Source: a virus | Lineage: Duplodnaviria; Caudoviricetes | Virus record (IMG/VR): IMGVR_UViG_3300020179_000028 | Coordinates: 1,287 to 65,286 of that record | DNA: 64,000 nucleotides | Strand: one strand, 5' to 3' | Part shown: positions 8,194 to 18,588 of the stretch, in pieces | How the letters are laid out: every line of letters begins with the position of its first letter | Position numbering within the stretch: position 1 is the stretch's first letter | The notes under the pieces: model-generated | Database searches by the model: none | Told to the model about the DNA's origin: nothing | What the model saw: the letters and a program-made list of their open reading frames with translations, nothing else | Program-made: the position numbers and the translations under genes

Positions 8194-11100
8194 TTACATC
8201 CTCCAATATTACTGTCCCCTCTTTGGTCTTACCAAATTCAAATTTATACGCATTGCCTTCTTTAATATGCATATATGCTTTTGCAAAAGATGTAGGAAAC
8301 ACTGTTATTGAATGAAGGTCTCTCTTGGTATCTGCTAGGGTAAGTGAGGCCATCTTTTTCCCCTTCTTTGTTATTCTAGGTTTAAATGATACAACAAACA
8401 TTTCATCATCTTTATATGGCAACATCTTGTAATTTAAAAACTTAACCAATGCTGCACTAGAACTTTTTATTTCATCCACAGGAACTGCAGACACAATCCT
8501 GTTATCACTACAAAGGACCAAATAAGAACGACCTGTCTCAATAGTCGTATTTTCATCATCAAATATACCGACAGACCCAGTTTTGTCCAAAATTTCAACT
8601 CTAGACCAACCCTTTCCCCTCTTAATTGATTTTACCATACCCAGAAAAATATAGCAACCCTTATCATCAAAATCTGATATCTCCTGAATAAAGGCATAGT
8701 AGTGAGAAGGAATGGTCATGTTAAATTCTGGAAGGTTTAAATACTCGTATAAATTTTCTCTCTTCTCTTCTTCGGTTTTAATATTATCTGAAAACTCTGC
8801 AGCACCAACTACATTTAGTGCTTGAAGTGCTCTGCTATTTACACCATTTCCCTTAGTAAAGGTGAACTTTTCAAGTTCTGCATAAGACTTAAAAGGTCGT
8901 GCCTGTATATATCGTTCTGCAATCTTATCAGAGATATATTTGATTGCCGTGAGTCCGATCCGAATACCCTTACCCTCAATTTTAAAATCAATATCCGATT
9001 CATTAATATGAGGTAGTTTAACCCTAATCCCCATTCTTTTCGCTTCAATAAGATATTCAGTTCGTGCATCTTTGTCCCCTTCGTTTTTTAGCACTGAGTA
9101 CATAAACTCAAGTGGATAGTAATACTTTAGCCACGCCGTCCAATACGAGAGCGTAGAATAAGCAACCGCATGACTCTTGTTGAACGAATATCCCGCATGC
9201 TCTTCAAAATCATGCCATAGATCACGAGCAGTATTAGGACTAATGTACTTAGAAGCACCGCCAACAAACTTATCACGAAACGCATCTAATTCTCTTGCAT
9301 CTTTTTTCTTACCAATAATTTTACGAACCTTATCAGCCTCAGACCAAGACATTCCCCCTAACTCAACGCAAGCCTGCATAACTTGCTCTTGGTATAGGAT
9401 ACACCCATATGTTTCTTCTGTGAATGGTTTCATTGTCTGATGTAAATAATTTACTGCCTGTTTACCACGCTTTCTTTCAATATAATCTTTTCCAATAGTG
9501 TTCATGGCGCCTGGACGAACAAGAGCGTTTGAAGCAGCAAGTTCTGCTAGATTTTTTACACCCATCTTAATGAGAAGGTTGGTGTATGGCGCTGCCTCAC
9601 ACTGAAATACTCCCTTTGTGTGTCCATCGGAAAGCATTTGATATACCTTTGGGTCAGACATATCAATACTCAAAAGATCAATATTCGTGCCCTCTCGTTT
9701 TTTAATTATTGTTACAGTATCTTTAATTACACTCAAAGTTTTAAGCCCTAATGCATCAATCTTAATAAGACCAATTTTTTCAGCCTCCTCCATGTCAACA
9801 GCAACTACAGGAATGCGTTCATCTGATCCTGGAGAGTTTCTTGTTTCCATAGGTGCATATCTAAAAATAGGATTCTTGCTAGTGACAACACCAGCAGCGT
9901 GAATACCAGTACCTCGAATGCGCCCACGAAGTTTTTCTCCGTACTCTTCTAACTCTGGATATTTTTCCCTAAACCATAGGGTGGTTTTAGAAGTGCAATA
10001 GTCGTCCCAAGTGTCAACCAACTTTAAAACCTTGTTTACATCTGATAAAGGAATGTTTAATACACGAGCAACATCTCGCACAACACCCTTATCTTTAAAC
10101 TCTAAAAATGTTGCAATTGAAGCAACATGCTTGTACTGTCTTACAAGATAATCTTTAACCTCATCACGACGAGAATCTTGAATGTCTGTATCGATGTCTG
10201 GAAAATCGTTGCGCTCTGGATTAATAAATCGGAAGAACAAGAGTCCGTGCTTAATGGGATCAATCTCAGTAATGCCAAGAACGTAACAAAGCAAAGAACC
10301 AGCAGAAGAGCCACGGCCAGGGCCAATCAAAATATCTTCTTTTTTAGCCCACGAAATCATACTTTGAACTACAAGAAAGTATGGCCCAAACTTTTTATCT
10401 TTAATAACTTTAAGTTCTTCACTAAGTCTATCTAAATATTCTTTGTTTTTATTTAAACCTTTTTCTGTCAATCCTAGCATGGCAAGTTCTTCTAACTGCT
10501 TATCAGGATTTTTATATTGAACTGGAAGAAGATTTAGTCCATCTTTAATTTCATAATCTTCTATTTTATTTGCAAGTTCAACTGTGTTCTCATAAATGTC
10601 TGTTCTAAATATACCCTGCTTTTCCATAGCAGCCTGTATTTCTTCATATGACAACAAGTGAATATCAAGTTTATTAAATGACATTTGTCTGTCTGCGCCG
10701 TATAAGTAATCAAGGCGCTTCATTAAGTCCCCTTGCTTTTTAGACTTCTCGTATGTAGCGTCTTTCTGAATTTTATTTGAATAGGTATTAAGAATAAGTT
10801 TTAGTTCTTGAATTTCTTTTTGTGAGGGATCAACATGATGACAGTCTGGGGTTACTATTGATTTAATCTTAAACTCGTCTGCCAACTGTAATATTGTTTG
10901 ATTAACACTCTCACTATTGTGTGGCATTACTTCAAGATAATAATCGTCGCCAAACTCTTCTTTAAACCATTTAATATATTTCTTTGCCATTCCCAATTCG
11001 CCAAGTTCTATTGATTTAGCAATAATTCCACTTGGACATGCAGACGATACTATGATTCCTTCTTTATATTTAGATAAAATATCAAAGTCAATTCGTGGCT

Positions 11101-11461
11101 TTTTGTAATAGCCCTCTGTCCACGCAATTTCATTTAACTTATTAAGGTTTTCTAACCCTGCCTGATTCTTGGCTAGAAGAATTATATGATTATAAACCAT
11201 GTCTAATGGTGTAGTGCGATCTTCTTTATCTCTTCGATCAAAACGATCCTCACACATATAACCTTCTACGCCAAGAATAGGCTTAATGCCACTTGCTTTT
11301 GCAGTACGATACATTTCTCTGTGACCAGAAAGAGAGCCATGGTCTGTAATCGATATTGCAGGCATACCCAATTGTTTAGCACGATCTACATATTCAGACG
11401 GCAATCCAATACCATCGAATAGTGAAAAATGGGTATGTAAGTGTAGTGGTACGTAATTCAT
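8183..11461 (-). CDS. dnaE: DNA polymerase III alpha subunit (family C)
   Basis: PHP domain LHLHTHFS/TDHG, GRGSSAGS, FPDIDTD, HAAGVV, YSFNKSHA, C-terminal OB folds. Confidence 0.97.
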   Translation of the reverse strand: MNYVPLHLHTHFSLFDGIGLPSEYVDRAKQLGMPAISITDHGSLSGHREMYRTAKASGIKPILGVEGYMCEDRFDRRDKEDRTTPLDMVYNHIILLAKNQAGLENLNKLNEIAWTEGYYKKPRIDFDILSKYKEGIIVSSACPSGIIAKSIELGELGMAKKYIKWFKEEFGDDYYLEVMPHNSESVNQTILQLADEFKIKSIVTPDCHHVDPSQKEIQELKLILNTYSNKIQKDATYEKSKKQGDLMKRLDYLYGADRQMSFNKLDIHLLSYEEIQAAMEKQGIFRTDIYENTVELANKIEDYEIKDGLNLLPVQYKNPDKQLEELAMLGLTEKGLNKNKEYLDRLSEELKVIKDKKFGPYFLVVQSMISWAKKEDILIGPGRGSSAGSLLCYVLGITEIDPIKHGLLFFRFINPERNDFPDIDTDIQDSRRDEVKDYLVRQYKHVASIATFLEFKDKGVVRDVARVLNIPLSDVNKVLKLVDTWDDYCTSKTTLWFREKYPELEEYGEKLRGRIRGTGIHAAGVVTSKNPIFRYAPMETRNSPGSDERIPVVAVDMEEAEKIGLIKIDALGLKTLSVIKDTVTIIKKREGTNIDLLSIDMSDPKVYQMLSDGHTKGVFQCEAAPYTNLLIKMGVKNLAELAASNALVRPGAMNTIGKDYIERKRGKQAVNYLHQTMKPFTEETYGCILYQEQVMQACVELGGMSWSEADKVRKIIGKKKDARELDAFRDKFVGGASKYISPNTARDLWHDFEEHAGYSFNKSHAVAYSTLSYWTAWLKYYYPLEFMYSVLKNEGDKDARTEYLIEAKRMGIRVKLPHINESDIDFKIEGKGIRIGLTAIKYISDKIAERYIQARPFKSYAELEKFTFTKGNGVNSRALQALNVVGAAEFSDNIKTEEEKRENLYEYLNLPEFNMTIPSHYYAFIQEISDFDDKGCYIFLGMVKSIKRGKGWSRVEILDKTGSVGIFDDENTTIETGRSYLVLCSDNRIVSAVPVDEIKSSSAALVKFLNYKMLPYKDDEMFVVSFKPRITKKGKKMASLTLADTKRDLHSITVFPTSFAKAYMHIKEGNAYKFEFGKTKEGTVILEDVNVS

Positions 11462-11464
11462 CTA

Positions 11465-12124
11465 CTACCAGTCGATGTTTGTCGCTGATGTAGATGAAGG
11501 AGTGTCAAAGCCCAAATAGAATGCCTCTTGCTCTGCGTAAGGGACATGTCGTATTGCTCTTTCTAGTGGATACGGCTCAATACCTTCCCAATTAAATGGC
11601 TCCTTATCTGGAGCAGAAGGAATTAAAGTATAGGATGTTTCAGTTGCCTGACCATTACGCTTTAATTTCCATGTGAGATTTGAAATGCTACCTGTTTCAA
11701 GGGCATACTCACGAATAGTATTAAATGAAGATTGCCTGCTTACACCCATAGACCAGATAGCAACATAAGGCTTATCCTCAATGCCATCATCTACAAGTAC
11801 GTTGCAATAGAAGCGAAGACGAGCCCGCCATCCGCTATTACCTTTTGGATCTTTTTCATACATCTCTTGAGCCCAATCACGCTCTTCTGTAGCCATGGTG
11901 TCTAAAGCCTTACGCCTATAGTCCTTTGGATTTGTGTGTTCTTTTACGACGAGTGCGACACCACGCTTTTCATTGTAATGTGCAGAATCATAATCTAGTT
12001 CTTCAATGAACCTAACCTTTACTGCTTGTCCATCGGCTAACTTAAGCCATTTAATCTTTGGACCACCTTCCTCTTTTTTTTCAAGCAAGGCATTTATATT
12101 TTTTAGTCCCTTAACGATACTCAT
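11465..12124 (-). CDS. Single-stranded DNA-binding protein (gp32-like)
   Basis: LKLADGQAVKVRF...FYCNVLV...KLKRNG..TETSY pattern. Sits next to dnaE behind a strong promoter. Confidence 0.7.
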   Translation of the reverse strand: MSIVKGLKNINALLEKKEEGGPKIKWLKLADGQAVKVRFIEELDYDSAHYNEKRGVALVVKEHTNPKDYRRKALDTMATEERDWAQEMYEKDPKGNSGWRARLRFYCNVLVDDGIEDKPYVAIWSMGVSRQSSFNTIREYALETGSISNLTWKLKRNGQATETSYTLIPSAPDKEPFNWEGIEPYPLERAIRHVPYAEQEAFYLGFDTPSSTSATNIDW

Positions 12125-12146
12125 AGTTTTCTCCTCTGTTTTTTAT

Positions 12147-12175
12147 ATTATATAATCGCAAATTATGTTTGTCAA
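12147..12175 (-). promoter_or_regulatory. Consensus sigma70/sigmaA promoter driving SSB-dnaE-recA
   Basis: Minus strand reads TTGACA-17 nt-TATAAT exactly. Confidence 0.85.
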
Positions 12176-12179
12176 ATAG

Positions 12180-13622
12180 TTAGTTATATTTAGTTAAATA
12201 TTCCTGTATCTCTACTCCTTTAAACTCTTTTGCTTCTTTATACAGTCTATCATATGCGCTCTTTGTTTGCAAATTAGAAACTGCATGTGATTTATTAAAT
12301 TGTCCTGTGCCCACATAAGTGGTCATCCAAGACTGGTAGCCAAATGTTTTATTATTATTTTTTATAACAAACTCAGAAATATATGAGTTGTCTAATTCAT
12401 CTAAAACATTTTTAGCATAATCTGGAATAATATTTTTATTTTTAAAATTTTTCCAGAAATCTGTATCGTCCCTGTCGGTTAAATAATGAATGTATATAAA
12501 ACCTAAAATTTCTTTATTTTTTTCTAGTACTTTATTATTATATTTTTCTATTACAGAATAATCTTTTTCTGATATAAATTTATGCATAAAGTCGTCAGAA
12601 ATAAATAGATTCATCATATAGATTGTTAACATAATTGACGTTCCATGCAATGGTTCAAAAAATCCAGATGCTAAACCAACAGATAAACAATTTTTAGCCC
12701 AGGGTTGCTTATAGTATCCTGGTTTAAAATCAAAATGATTTACTATTTTAACATCTTCTTTTTTAAATAATTCATATATTTCTTGCTCTGCTTGTTCTTT
12801 GTTTATATATGATGGATCATAAACATAGCCACATCCATATCTATGCTTAAGCGGTGTTTTCCAAACCCATCCGTATTTCATTGCAATTATTTCTGTACAT
12901 AAAGAATAATCTTCATCTTGTGGCAAAAAGAATGCTAGTGCTTTTGTGCATGGCAAACTTTCAGATGTGTCAACCCACTCGGATTGTAAGTGTTTTCCAA
13001 TAATTAGATTATTAAACCCTGTTGCATCAATGACAAAATCACAATCATAAAAACCTTTTTCTGTGTGAACTACACTAATTGCACCCTCAAATTCTCCAAA
13101 GTGTGTAAACACATCGTCAACAACTTTAATTCCTCTAAGTTCAGAATGTTTTCTAAAAAACTCAGCAAGTTTAATTGCATCAAGATGCCACCCAGCATAG
13201 GGCCAGGTAAGTGTATTTGACATTGTTGCCGACAAACCTTTATTTATATCATCAAGATTTTTATCATTTGACATTAATTCTATAGACGCAAGCCTAAACT
13301 GCTCTAATTCAAAATCTCTATTTTCACTGCTATCTGATATATAATTTGTTAATGGATGAAAGTATGATTTGTTTTTTTTAGACCATCCAATAAATCGTAT
13401 ACCATTTTTTAATGTTGCACCAGTATGTTCAATAAACTCATTTAATGGCAAATCTAACTCATCAAAAATATACCTAAAATTAGAAGTTGTTCCTTCTCCA
13501 GCACCAAGCACACCTATTTTAGAACTATCAATTATTGTAATATCAGAGTCAGTATATTTATGCTTAATAGTAAGTGCTGCCAAGTATCCAGCAGTACCGC
13601 CACCAATAACAACTATCTTCAT
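12180..13622 (-). CDS. Flavin-dependent tryptophan-halogenase-family protein
   Basis: GGGTAG, GAGEGT, ATLKNGIRF (catalytic Lys), IDATG, WVWKTP, GFFEPL. Confidence 0.88.
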   Translation of the reverse strand: MKIVVIGGGTAGYLAALTIKHKYTDSDITIIDSSKIGVLGAGEGTTSNFRYIFDELDLPLNEFIEHTGATLKNGIRFIGWSKKNKSYFHPLTNYISDSSENRDFELEQFRLASIELMSNDKNLDDINKGLSATMSNTLTWPYAGWHLDAIKLAEFFRKHSELRGIKVVDDVFTHFGEFEGAISVVHTEKGFYDCDFVIDATGFNNLIIGKHLQSEWVDTSESLPCTKALAFFLPQDEDYSLCTEIIAMKYGWVWKTPLKHRYGCGYVYDPSYINKEQAEQEIYELFKKEDVKIVNHFDFKPGYYKQPWAKNCLSVGLASGFFEPLHGTSIMLTIYMMNLFISDDFMHKFISEKDYSVIEKYNNKVLEKNKEILGFIYIHYLTDRDDTDFWKNFKNKNIIPDYAKNVLDELDNSYISEFVIKNNNKTFGYQSWMTTYVGTGQFNKSHAVSNLQTKSAYDRLYKEAKEFKGVEIQEYLTKYN

Positions 13623-13921
13623 AAAATTAAACCAAAATATTTAGCGATATAAGCAATAGCAAGAAAAGACCACAAAATATTAAACCAAATTAAAGTAGGA
13701 ATTGTTTTTACGGTTGAAGACCAGATTAATCCCAGGCTTGACACTAGAGCAAAAACATAAAACCACCAAACACTTACATCAAACAAAAGACCTGGAAGTA
13801 TAATTGCAGCCTTTGCTACAAAAGCAAAAAACTCTACAGTGTTAGCCCTAGTCCAATATTTTTTATGGCCCATTGTTTTTAATGCCTGTAGCCATTCCAT
13901 GTGCGAATGTTTTTTTGTCAT
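13619..13921 (-). CDS. Small multi-pass membrane protein
   Basis: About three hydrophobic segments. ATGA-coupled to primase and to the halogenase. Confidence 0.65.
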   Translation of the reverse strand: MTKKHSHMEWLQALKTMGHKKYWTRANTVEFFAFVAKAAIILPGLLFDVSVWWFYVFALVSSLGLIWSSTVKTIPTLIWFNILWSFLAIAYIAKYFGLIL

Positions 13922-14862
13922 ACCATCATTCCATTTATTTGATTTTGAAAACTTGAATCTAAATTAATTATATCATAATCTTCCATCTCTCCAATATCTT
14001 TATATTTAGAGTCTAAAGTTATTACAGATGCCAAAGATCCAACCCTATTCATTATTTTTTCTTTCATCTTTAATCCTGCCTCATCATTATCTGCTATCAG
14101 TGTAATATCGTTAAAATATTTCTTTAATAATTCTATTTGCTTTGAAGAAACGTTTGCGCCAAGGGTGGCTACTGCTGGAAGGCCAACTTGATCTAATCTA
14201 ATTGCGTCAAATGAAGATTCAACAACATAAACCTTAGAAGCAGTTTTTACTCTGTTAAGATTAAACAATAACTTTGATTTTGGTAATTTTGGTGTATTTT
14301 TAAAGTCTTTGCCTTCTATAGATCTTGCCACAAATCCAACACACAGGCCTTCGTGATTGTGAACTGGAACAGATATCATGTCTTGTGTTTCAGAATATCC
14401 TAATTTAAACTTTAATACAGATTCTTTTGTAATTTTCCTTTTAGCAAAATAATCTTTTGCTCTTGTTGATGAAGTAGCCTGGTCATGTAATCTTTGTACT
14501 ACAGACGTATCAAACTCTGTCCATTCTTCTTTTTCTACTAACCTAGAATTAACCTCAGACAAAATGTCTATATCAACTTCTTTACTTTTGATAAATCTAA
14601 CAGATTCAAAATATGTTCTATTAGAAAAATGCATTACTATTTCTATTAGATCTGCGGTTCTGCCACAAGAAAAACAAAAAAACAATCCGCTATATTTATT
14701 TATTTCTCCAGCAGGGGTACGGTGATTTGAATGAAATGGACAAAATACAATGTACTCAGACTCTGCTTCTTTTTCTACTGTTACGCCAGACCCTGAGAGA
14801 ACTCTTTTAACTTGACTGGGTGTGTATAAATCGCCTTGGTTCCGTCTATCCCTAATATCCAT
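13918..14862 (-). CDS. dnaG: DNA primase (CHC2 Zn finger + TOPRIM)
   Basis: CPFH...CFSC, VVESSFDA, ADNDEAG. Confidence 0.92.
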   Translation of the reverse strand: MDIRDRRNQGDLYTPSQVKRVLSGSGVTVEKEAESEYIVFCPFHSNHRTPAGEINKYSGLFFCFSCGRTADLIEIVMHFSNRTYFESVRFIKSKEVDIDILSEVNSRLVEKEEWTEFDTSVVQRLHDQATSSTRAKDYFAKRKITKESVLKFKLGYSETQDMISVPVHNHEGLCVGFVARSIEGKDFKNTPKLPKSKLLFNLNRVKTASKVYVVESSFDAIRLDQVGLPAVATLGANVSSKQIELLKKYFNDITLIADNDEAGLKMKEKIMNRVGSLASVITLDSKYKDIGEMEDYDIINLDSSFQNQINGMMV

Positions 14863-15107
14863 TCTGCCTTTTTTCTCCCTATATATATTCCGTATACGCT
14901 TAATTCAAATTCAAAATAATTTTTTTGTTCATTATATGATAGTGTAAACTCTGGATTAATGTCAAATCTTGGAGCATATCCAGATAGGCGCATTTCTGAT
15001 ACCAGTAACCTGATATACTCTTGTTGCAGTCTGTATATGGCCGAGTCATCAACTATGATTCCGTCCAGCCCAAACCGCTTTATCGCCTTGTGTGGAAATG
15101 TTTCCAT
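14781..15107 (-). CDS. Hypothetical protein
   Basis: ORF between helicase and primase, with TATAAT 7 nt upstream of the ATG. Confidence 0.6.
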   Translation of the reverse strand: METFPHKAIKRFGLDGIIVDDSAIYRLQQEYIRLLVSEMRLSGYAPRFDINPEFTLSYNEQKNYFEFELSVYGIYIGRKKAEWILGIDGTKAIYTHPVKLKEFSQGLA

Positions 15108-15115
15108 GTGGCATA

Positions 15116-16342
15116 TTATACTGACTTATCTTCATAATCCTTATACCTATAATATCCTTTGTCAAAATCAACCTGAACCAAGAACTCTCCCATAAAACCA
15201 TGGCGATTCTTGCGAAATACGCATTCAATTACATCACTATTAGATGCTCTACCTAGTGCAAGAACCCAGTCAGCATCATAAGCAATCTGCCTTGACCATG
15301 CCGTTTGTCCAAGGGTGGGAACAATTTCAAGTTTTTTGACATCATCGGGGGTAGCAGATGAAATGGCAATAATAGGAACCTCTTCGCTAATAGCCATTAA
15401 TTTAAGTTCACGAGACAGATTCTTCATTCGTACCGTTTCATTTTCAGACTTTTGGTTTGGAGACATTAACTGTAGATAATCGACAACAACAAAGTCTGGT
15501 TTATATTGATCTATCTTTCCACGAAGAACTACTGGGTTGATATCTCCGCCAGTATCGTTTGAAACAATATGAAACTCTGGCTTACCCTGAACATTTTTAG
15601 CATGCCAAGACTTAAGCATATCCATCTCAACCTGACCAGCACTTAGTTTTCTATGAGACCATACCCCTTCTCCCATGATTGCAAATACACGATTGCGAAC
15701 TTCAACTTCAGACATTTCAAGACTTATGATCATCGGGCTACGACCCTGTTTCCAGGCCTGTACAGCGAAATAGAGAGACAACCACGACTTTCCTATGCCT
15801 GGATATGCAAGAAAGACTCCTAACTGCCCTGGCATAATTCCAGCAGGTAAATAGTTATCAAATCCTGGAAGACCAGTTTTGATTCCAATTGCCCCCATTG
15901 CTTGCTGTTTTTTAAGATTTTCAAAATAGGCGATTGCAGAATCTAAATCTGTAACATCAATATCACGAATGGCTGCTGTGTTTTTTCTTAACTCTGCAGT
16001 TTTAGTAATTAAAGACTCAAGGGCATTCAGTCCTTGTCCACCTTGAACATCTGTAGCAGCAGATCTAATAATTTCTTTAAGACTATTTGTTAAATATTCT
16101 GCTTGCACTTCTTCAAGATGATGTTTGGTGGAACCTACACCACTGACTGGCTCAAAATCCCTAAACTTTTGTACAACCAATTCTGTTGGAGGTACAGTTG
16201 AGTTATGCTCGTAGTATCTTTTAATAAATTGCCATAGGTCTGTGTGTGTGGTTAAAATATTTTCTATATTGGCCTGCAACAATACGTGCGCTTGCTTGTC
16301 TTGCAGTAATGCAGAAATTAGTTTAGATTCTGCATTGTTCAT
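15116..16342 (-). CDS. dnaB: DnaB-like replicative helicase
   Basis: AYPGIGKS, SLEMS, VVVDYLQL, SRELK, DAD, KNRHG. Confidence 0.95.
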   Translation of the reverse strand: MNNAESKLISALLQDKQAHVLLQANIENILTTHTDLWQFIKRYYEHNSTVPPTELVVQKFRDFEPVSGVGSTKHHLEEVQAEYLTNSLKEIIRSAATDVQGGQGLNALESLITKTAELRKNTAAIRDIDVTDLDSAIAYFENLKKQQAMGAIGIKTGLPGFDNYLPAGIMPGQLGVFLAYPGIGKSWLSLYFAVQAWKQGRSPMIISLEMSEVEVRNRVFAIMGEGVWSHRKLSAGQVEMDMLKSWHAKNVQGKPEFHIVSNDTGGDINPVVLRGKIDQYKPDFVVVDYLQLMSPNQKSENETVRMKNLSRELKLMAISEEVPIIAISSATPDDVKKLEIVPTLGQTAWSRQIAYDADWVLALGRASNSDVIECVFRKNRHGFMGEFLVQVDFDKGYYRYKDYEDKSV

Positions 16343-16467
16343 CGAGACACCTTATACAATATTATCATCTGTATCACAATCACAACAAAAGTCCCAATGG
16401 TCCTAATTAATCCCATCTTATGGTTGTGCTCATCGCACCATCTTTCTAGGCGGTCTCTTTCTTCCAT
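16339..16467 (-). CDS. Small single-TM protein, 42 aa
   Basis: Manual ORF MEERDRLERWCDEHNHKMGLIRTIGTFVVIVIQMIILYKVSR with GGGGAAGG RBS and ATGA overlap with dnaB. Confidence 0.55.
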   Translation of the reverse strand: MEERDRLERWCDEHNHKMGLIRTIGTFVVIVIQMIILYKVSR

Positions 16468-16476
16468 GACCTTCCC

Positions 16477-16785
16477 CTATTCACTCAACCACTCCTTAGC
16501 CTTTTTTCTACGCTCTGCACGTTCTTTTGTGTCTTTTGTATGTTGTTCTTTTGCTTCTAGTATATCATCTGCCATGTAAGCAAAATGACTCCATGTCGGA
16601 TTAGGTACTACTTCAAAATAATACTCAAGTAACTCGTAGCAGGTGTCTAGTCCATATGAGTCAATAATTGCGTTAGCAGACCACTGCTCAACCCATTTGT
16701 TATATCTTGGCTTGTGTCCTAGTTTAAACGTGTAGTGTTTGTCAAACCGACTTAACAGAGCCAATCGCTTCTGCTTATCGGTCAC
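16477..16785 (-). CDS. Hypothetical protein (possible replication accessory)
   Basis: ORF in the operon upstream of dnaB. Confidence 0.6.
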   Translation of the reverse strand: MTDKQKRLALLSRFDKHYTFKLGHKPRYNKWVEQWSANAIIDSYGLDTCYELLEYYFEVVPNPTWSHFAYMADDILEAKEQHTKDTKERAERRKKAKEWLSE

Positions 16786-16786
16786 A

Positions 16787-16999
16787 TTAATTTCCTTCGT
16801 CTATTTCAACCTTTGCTTCTGCCACTTTTTCTGTTAGTTTGTCTTCAACAAACTTATACACACGCACAAATGCCTGATCTACAGTCTCTCCGTCACGTTT
16901 TGAATCTACTATACCCAAGTCTATTCTTAATGACTGGAAATTACCCAAATTCTGTGTATAGCCGAGCGTTACTGATACCCTTGTATCTTCCATCTTCAT
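16787..16999 (-). CDS. Hypothetical protein (NLGNFQSLRID motif)
   Basis: ORF with a motif I recall from phage replication regions. Confidence 0.6.
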   Translation of the reverse strand: MKMEDTRVSVTLGYTQNLGNFQSLRIDLGIVDSKRDGETVDQAFVRVYKFVEDKLTEKVAEAKVEIDEGN

Positions 17000-17008
17000 A
17001 CCCTTCTA

Positions 17009-17551
17009 CTATATTGATTCTGACCAAATTGGTATAAACCTACCGTCTTCAGTCTTGGTATATGTAAGTATACCATCCCCCATTCGGCGTGTCAACTCAG
17101 CCTTTGTTGGAGTTATATCATTTGTTATTAAATTATCTTTTCTTGGTCTTCCAATATGATATGTAGCCAGTATATCACGAATCTCTCTAACTTGCGATTC
17201 AGAATAATATGATCTAATCTGCCATGCACGTTTGCCATCTTTTTGTGCACCTATAGGATTTGGAATAATTCCACGTTTCATTAATGTAGGCATATATTTT
17301 CTATGTCTATTGACAAGATCTGCAGTTTCTGATACAGTATATGCTCTTTCTTTTTTATTTTTAAATTCTTTTGTTAAACAACTTTCAGTTTTATCTTTTG
17401 TTATATTATAAATTGACATAATGCCATTTGATCTGTTATAATGAATAACTCTAACTAAGTCTTTATTTAAAAACCAAATTTTTTTACTTCCTGTAATTAC
17501 AGAGGAGAGGTTGTAGTCTTCGCTCGTTCTAATTCCTTTTTTAATAACCAC
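17009..17551 (-). CDS. MerR-like HTH DNA-binding protein
   Basis: YTVSETADLVNRH...KRGIIP...RSYYSESQV. Confidence 0.7.
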   Translation of the reverse strand: MVIKKGIRTSEDYNLSSVITGSKKIWFLNKDLVRVIHYNRSNGIMSIYNITKDKTESCLTKEFKNKKERAYTVSETADLVNRHRKYMPTLMKRGIIPNPIGAQKDGKRAWQIRSYYSESQVREIRDILATYHIGRPRKDNLITNDITPTKAELTRRMGDGILTYTKTEDGRFIPIWSESI

Positions 17552-17688
17552 GTGCCTTCCCCTGACTCAAGCGGTGGATGAAAAAATCTTCTTGATCCAC
17601 AAATAAAACAATATATTTCTATATGAGATAAAGAGGTATAAACTCTGTCTATCATCATATATCTTGAACATTTTTTGCATTTAATCAT
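17497..17688 (-). CDS. Small Zn-ribbon protein
   Basis: CKKC...CFICG. Confidence 0.6.
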   Translation of the reverse strand: MIKCKKCSRYMMIDRVYTSLSHIEIYCFICGSRRFFHPPLESGEGTWLLKKELERAKTTTSPL

Positions 17689-18131
17689 TAATTAGGCATG
17701 CCGACGATAATTAAATTAACGCCAATAGATACATCTCCACTAGAATTAAAATTAACAATGCCGTCAACCTTAGATGTTGTAATGCTTTTTATTACAACTG
17801 AAACATTTTTGCCTGCTTCTGTACCGCCAATATTAATTGGAGTTGCAGTAACTATTGGAGCAAATTTAAAGTCTGCTGCAAAACTATAAGAAAATGGTTG
17901 CTGACTTCCTACGCTCTGATTTGAGCCTTTGACAACATCAGTATATCCTGCAATAATTCTAGTTTCAGAAGCCTTGGCATTTTGAGATACTGATCCAGGA
18001 ACGTCTACCGTAACATATTTGTATATTGCTGGTGAGACCTGCAGCGATAATTCGTTAATTGCATTAGCAATTTGATAAATATAAGAAACGTCAAGCGGTT
18101 GACCTAATTCTGGTAATGGTATTTTTGCCAT
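17688..18131 (-). CDS. Probable tail-tip/virion protein (H-lectin-like beta domain)
   Basis: FSFAADFKFAPIVTATP...NLIIVG pattern at the end of the tail block. Confidence 0.5.
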   Translation of the reverse strand: MAKIPLPELGQPLDVSYIYQIANAINELSLQVSPAIYKYVTVDVPGSVSQNAKASETRIIAGYTDVVKGSNQSVGSQQPFSYSFAADFKFAPIVTATPINIGGTEAGKNVSVVIKSITTSKVDGIVNFNSSGDVSIGVNLIIVGMPN

Positions 18132-18147
18132 AATTCCTCCTGTCTAA

Positions 18148-18588
18148 TTATATCAGACTGCCCTCATTTTCAAATAGAGTTGCGTCGTCAAATTTTTCCA
18201 ATGGTATAGTTTTAGGCTGAACGGCAATATGAACGTATGTCTTAGTAACGTCATAAACTATAGAATGGTTTGTTTGAGATGTCTTTGTATAATATTCCCA
18301 TCCAGCATTATTCCATTTTACGTATATAAAATATTCTTCAATATGTTGTTGAGGCTGCCACGCTAAATTAATAACACGATGATCTTTGTCTATAATAATA
18401 CTATTAAGTATTTCTTCTGGAGTATCTTCTGCAATAATTTTATATACTGGAGACCAATGCGAAGTTCTATTTTTATCTTCAGAAATAAACCTATATCTCA
18501 AAACATATTTTTTATTTGCACCAAAAAATCCAGGTAATTTAGATTTTGGTATTATAACTTTTTTAATTCCAGCATCTGGAGTAGGCAT
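18148..18588 (-). CDS. Probable minor tail protein
   Basis: Position in the tail operon, Ig/Fn3-like beta content. Confidence 0.5.
   Translation of the reverse strand: MPTPDAGIKKVIIPKSKLPGFFGANKKYVLRYRFISEDKNRTSHWSPVYKIIAEDTPEEILNSIIIDKDHRVINLAWQPQQHIEEYFIYVKWNNAGWEYYTKTSQTNHSIVYDVTKTYVHIAVQPKTIPLEKFDDATLFENEGSLI

Noticed and set aside
8183-11461. Inteins or introns in dnaE (also nrdJ, dnaB, terL)
   Set aside because: Lengths are normal, motifs are contiguous, and no splice-junction or homing-endonuclease motifs are seen.
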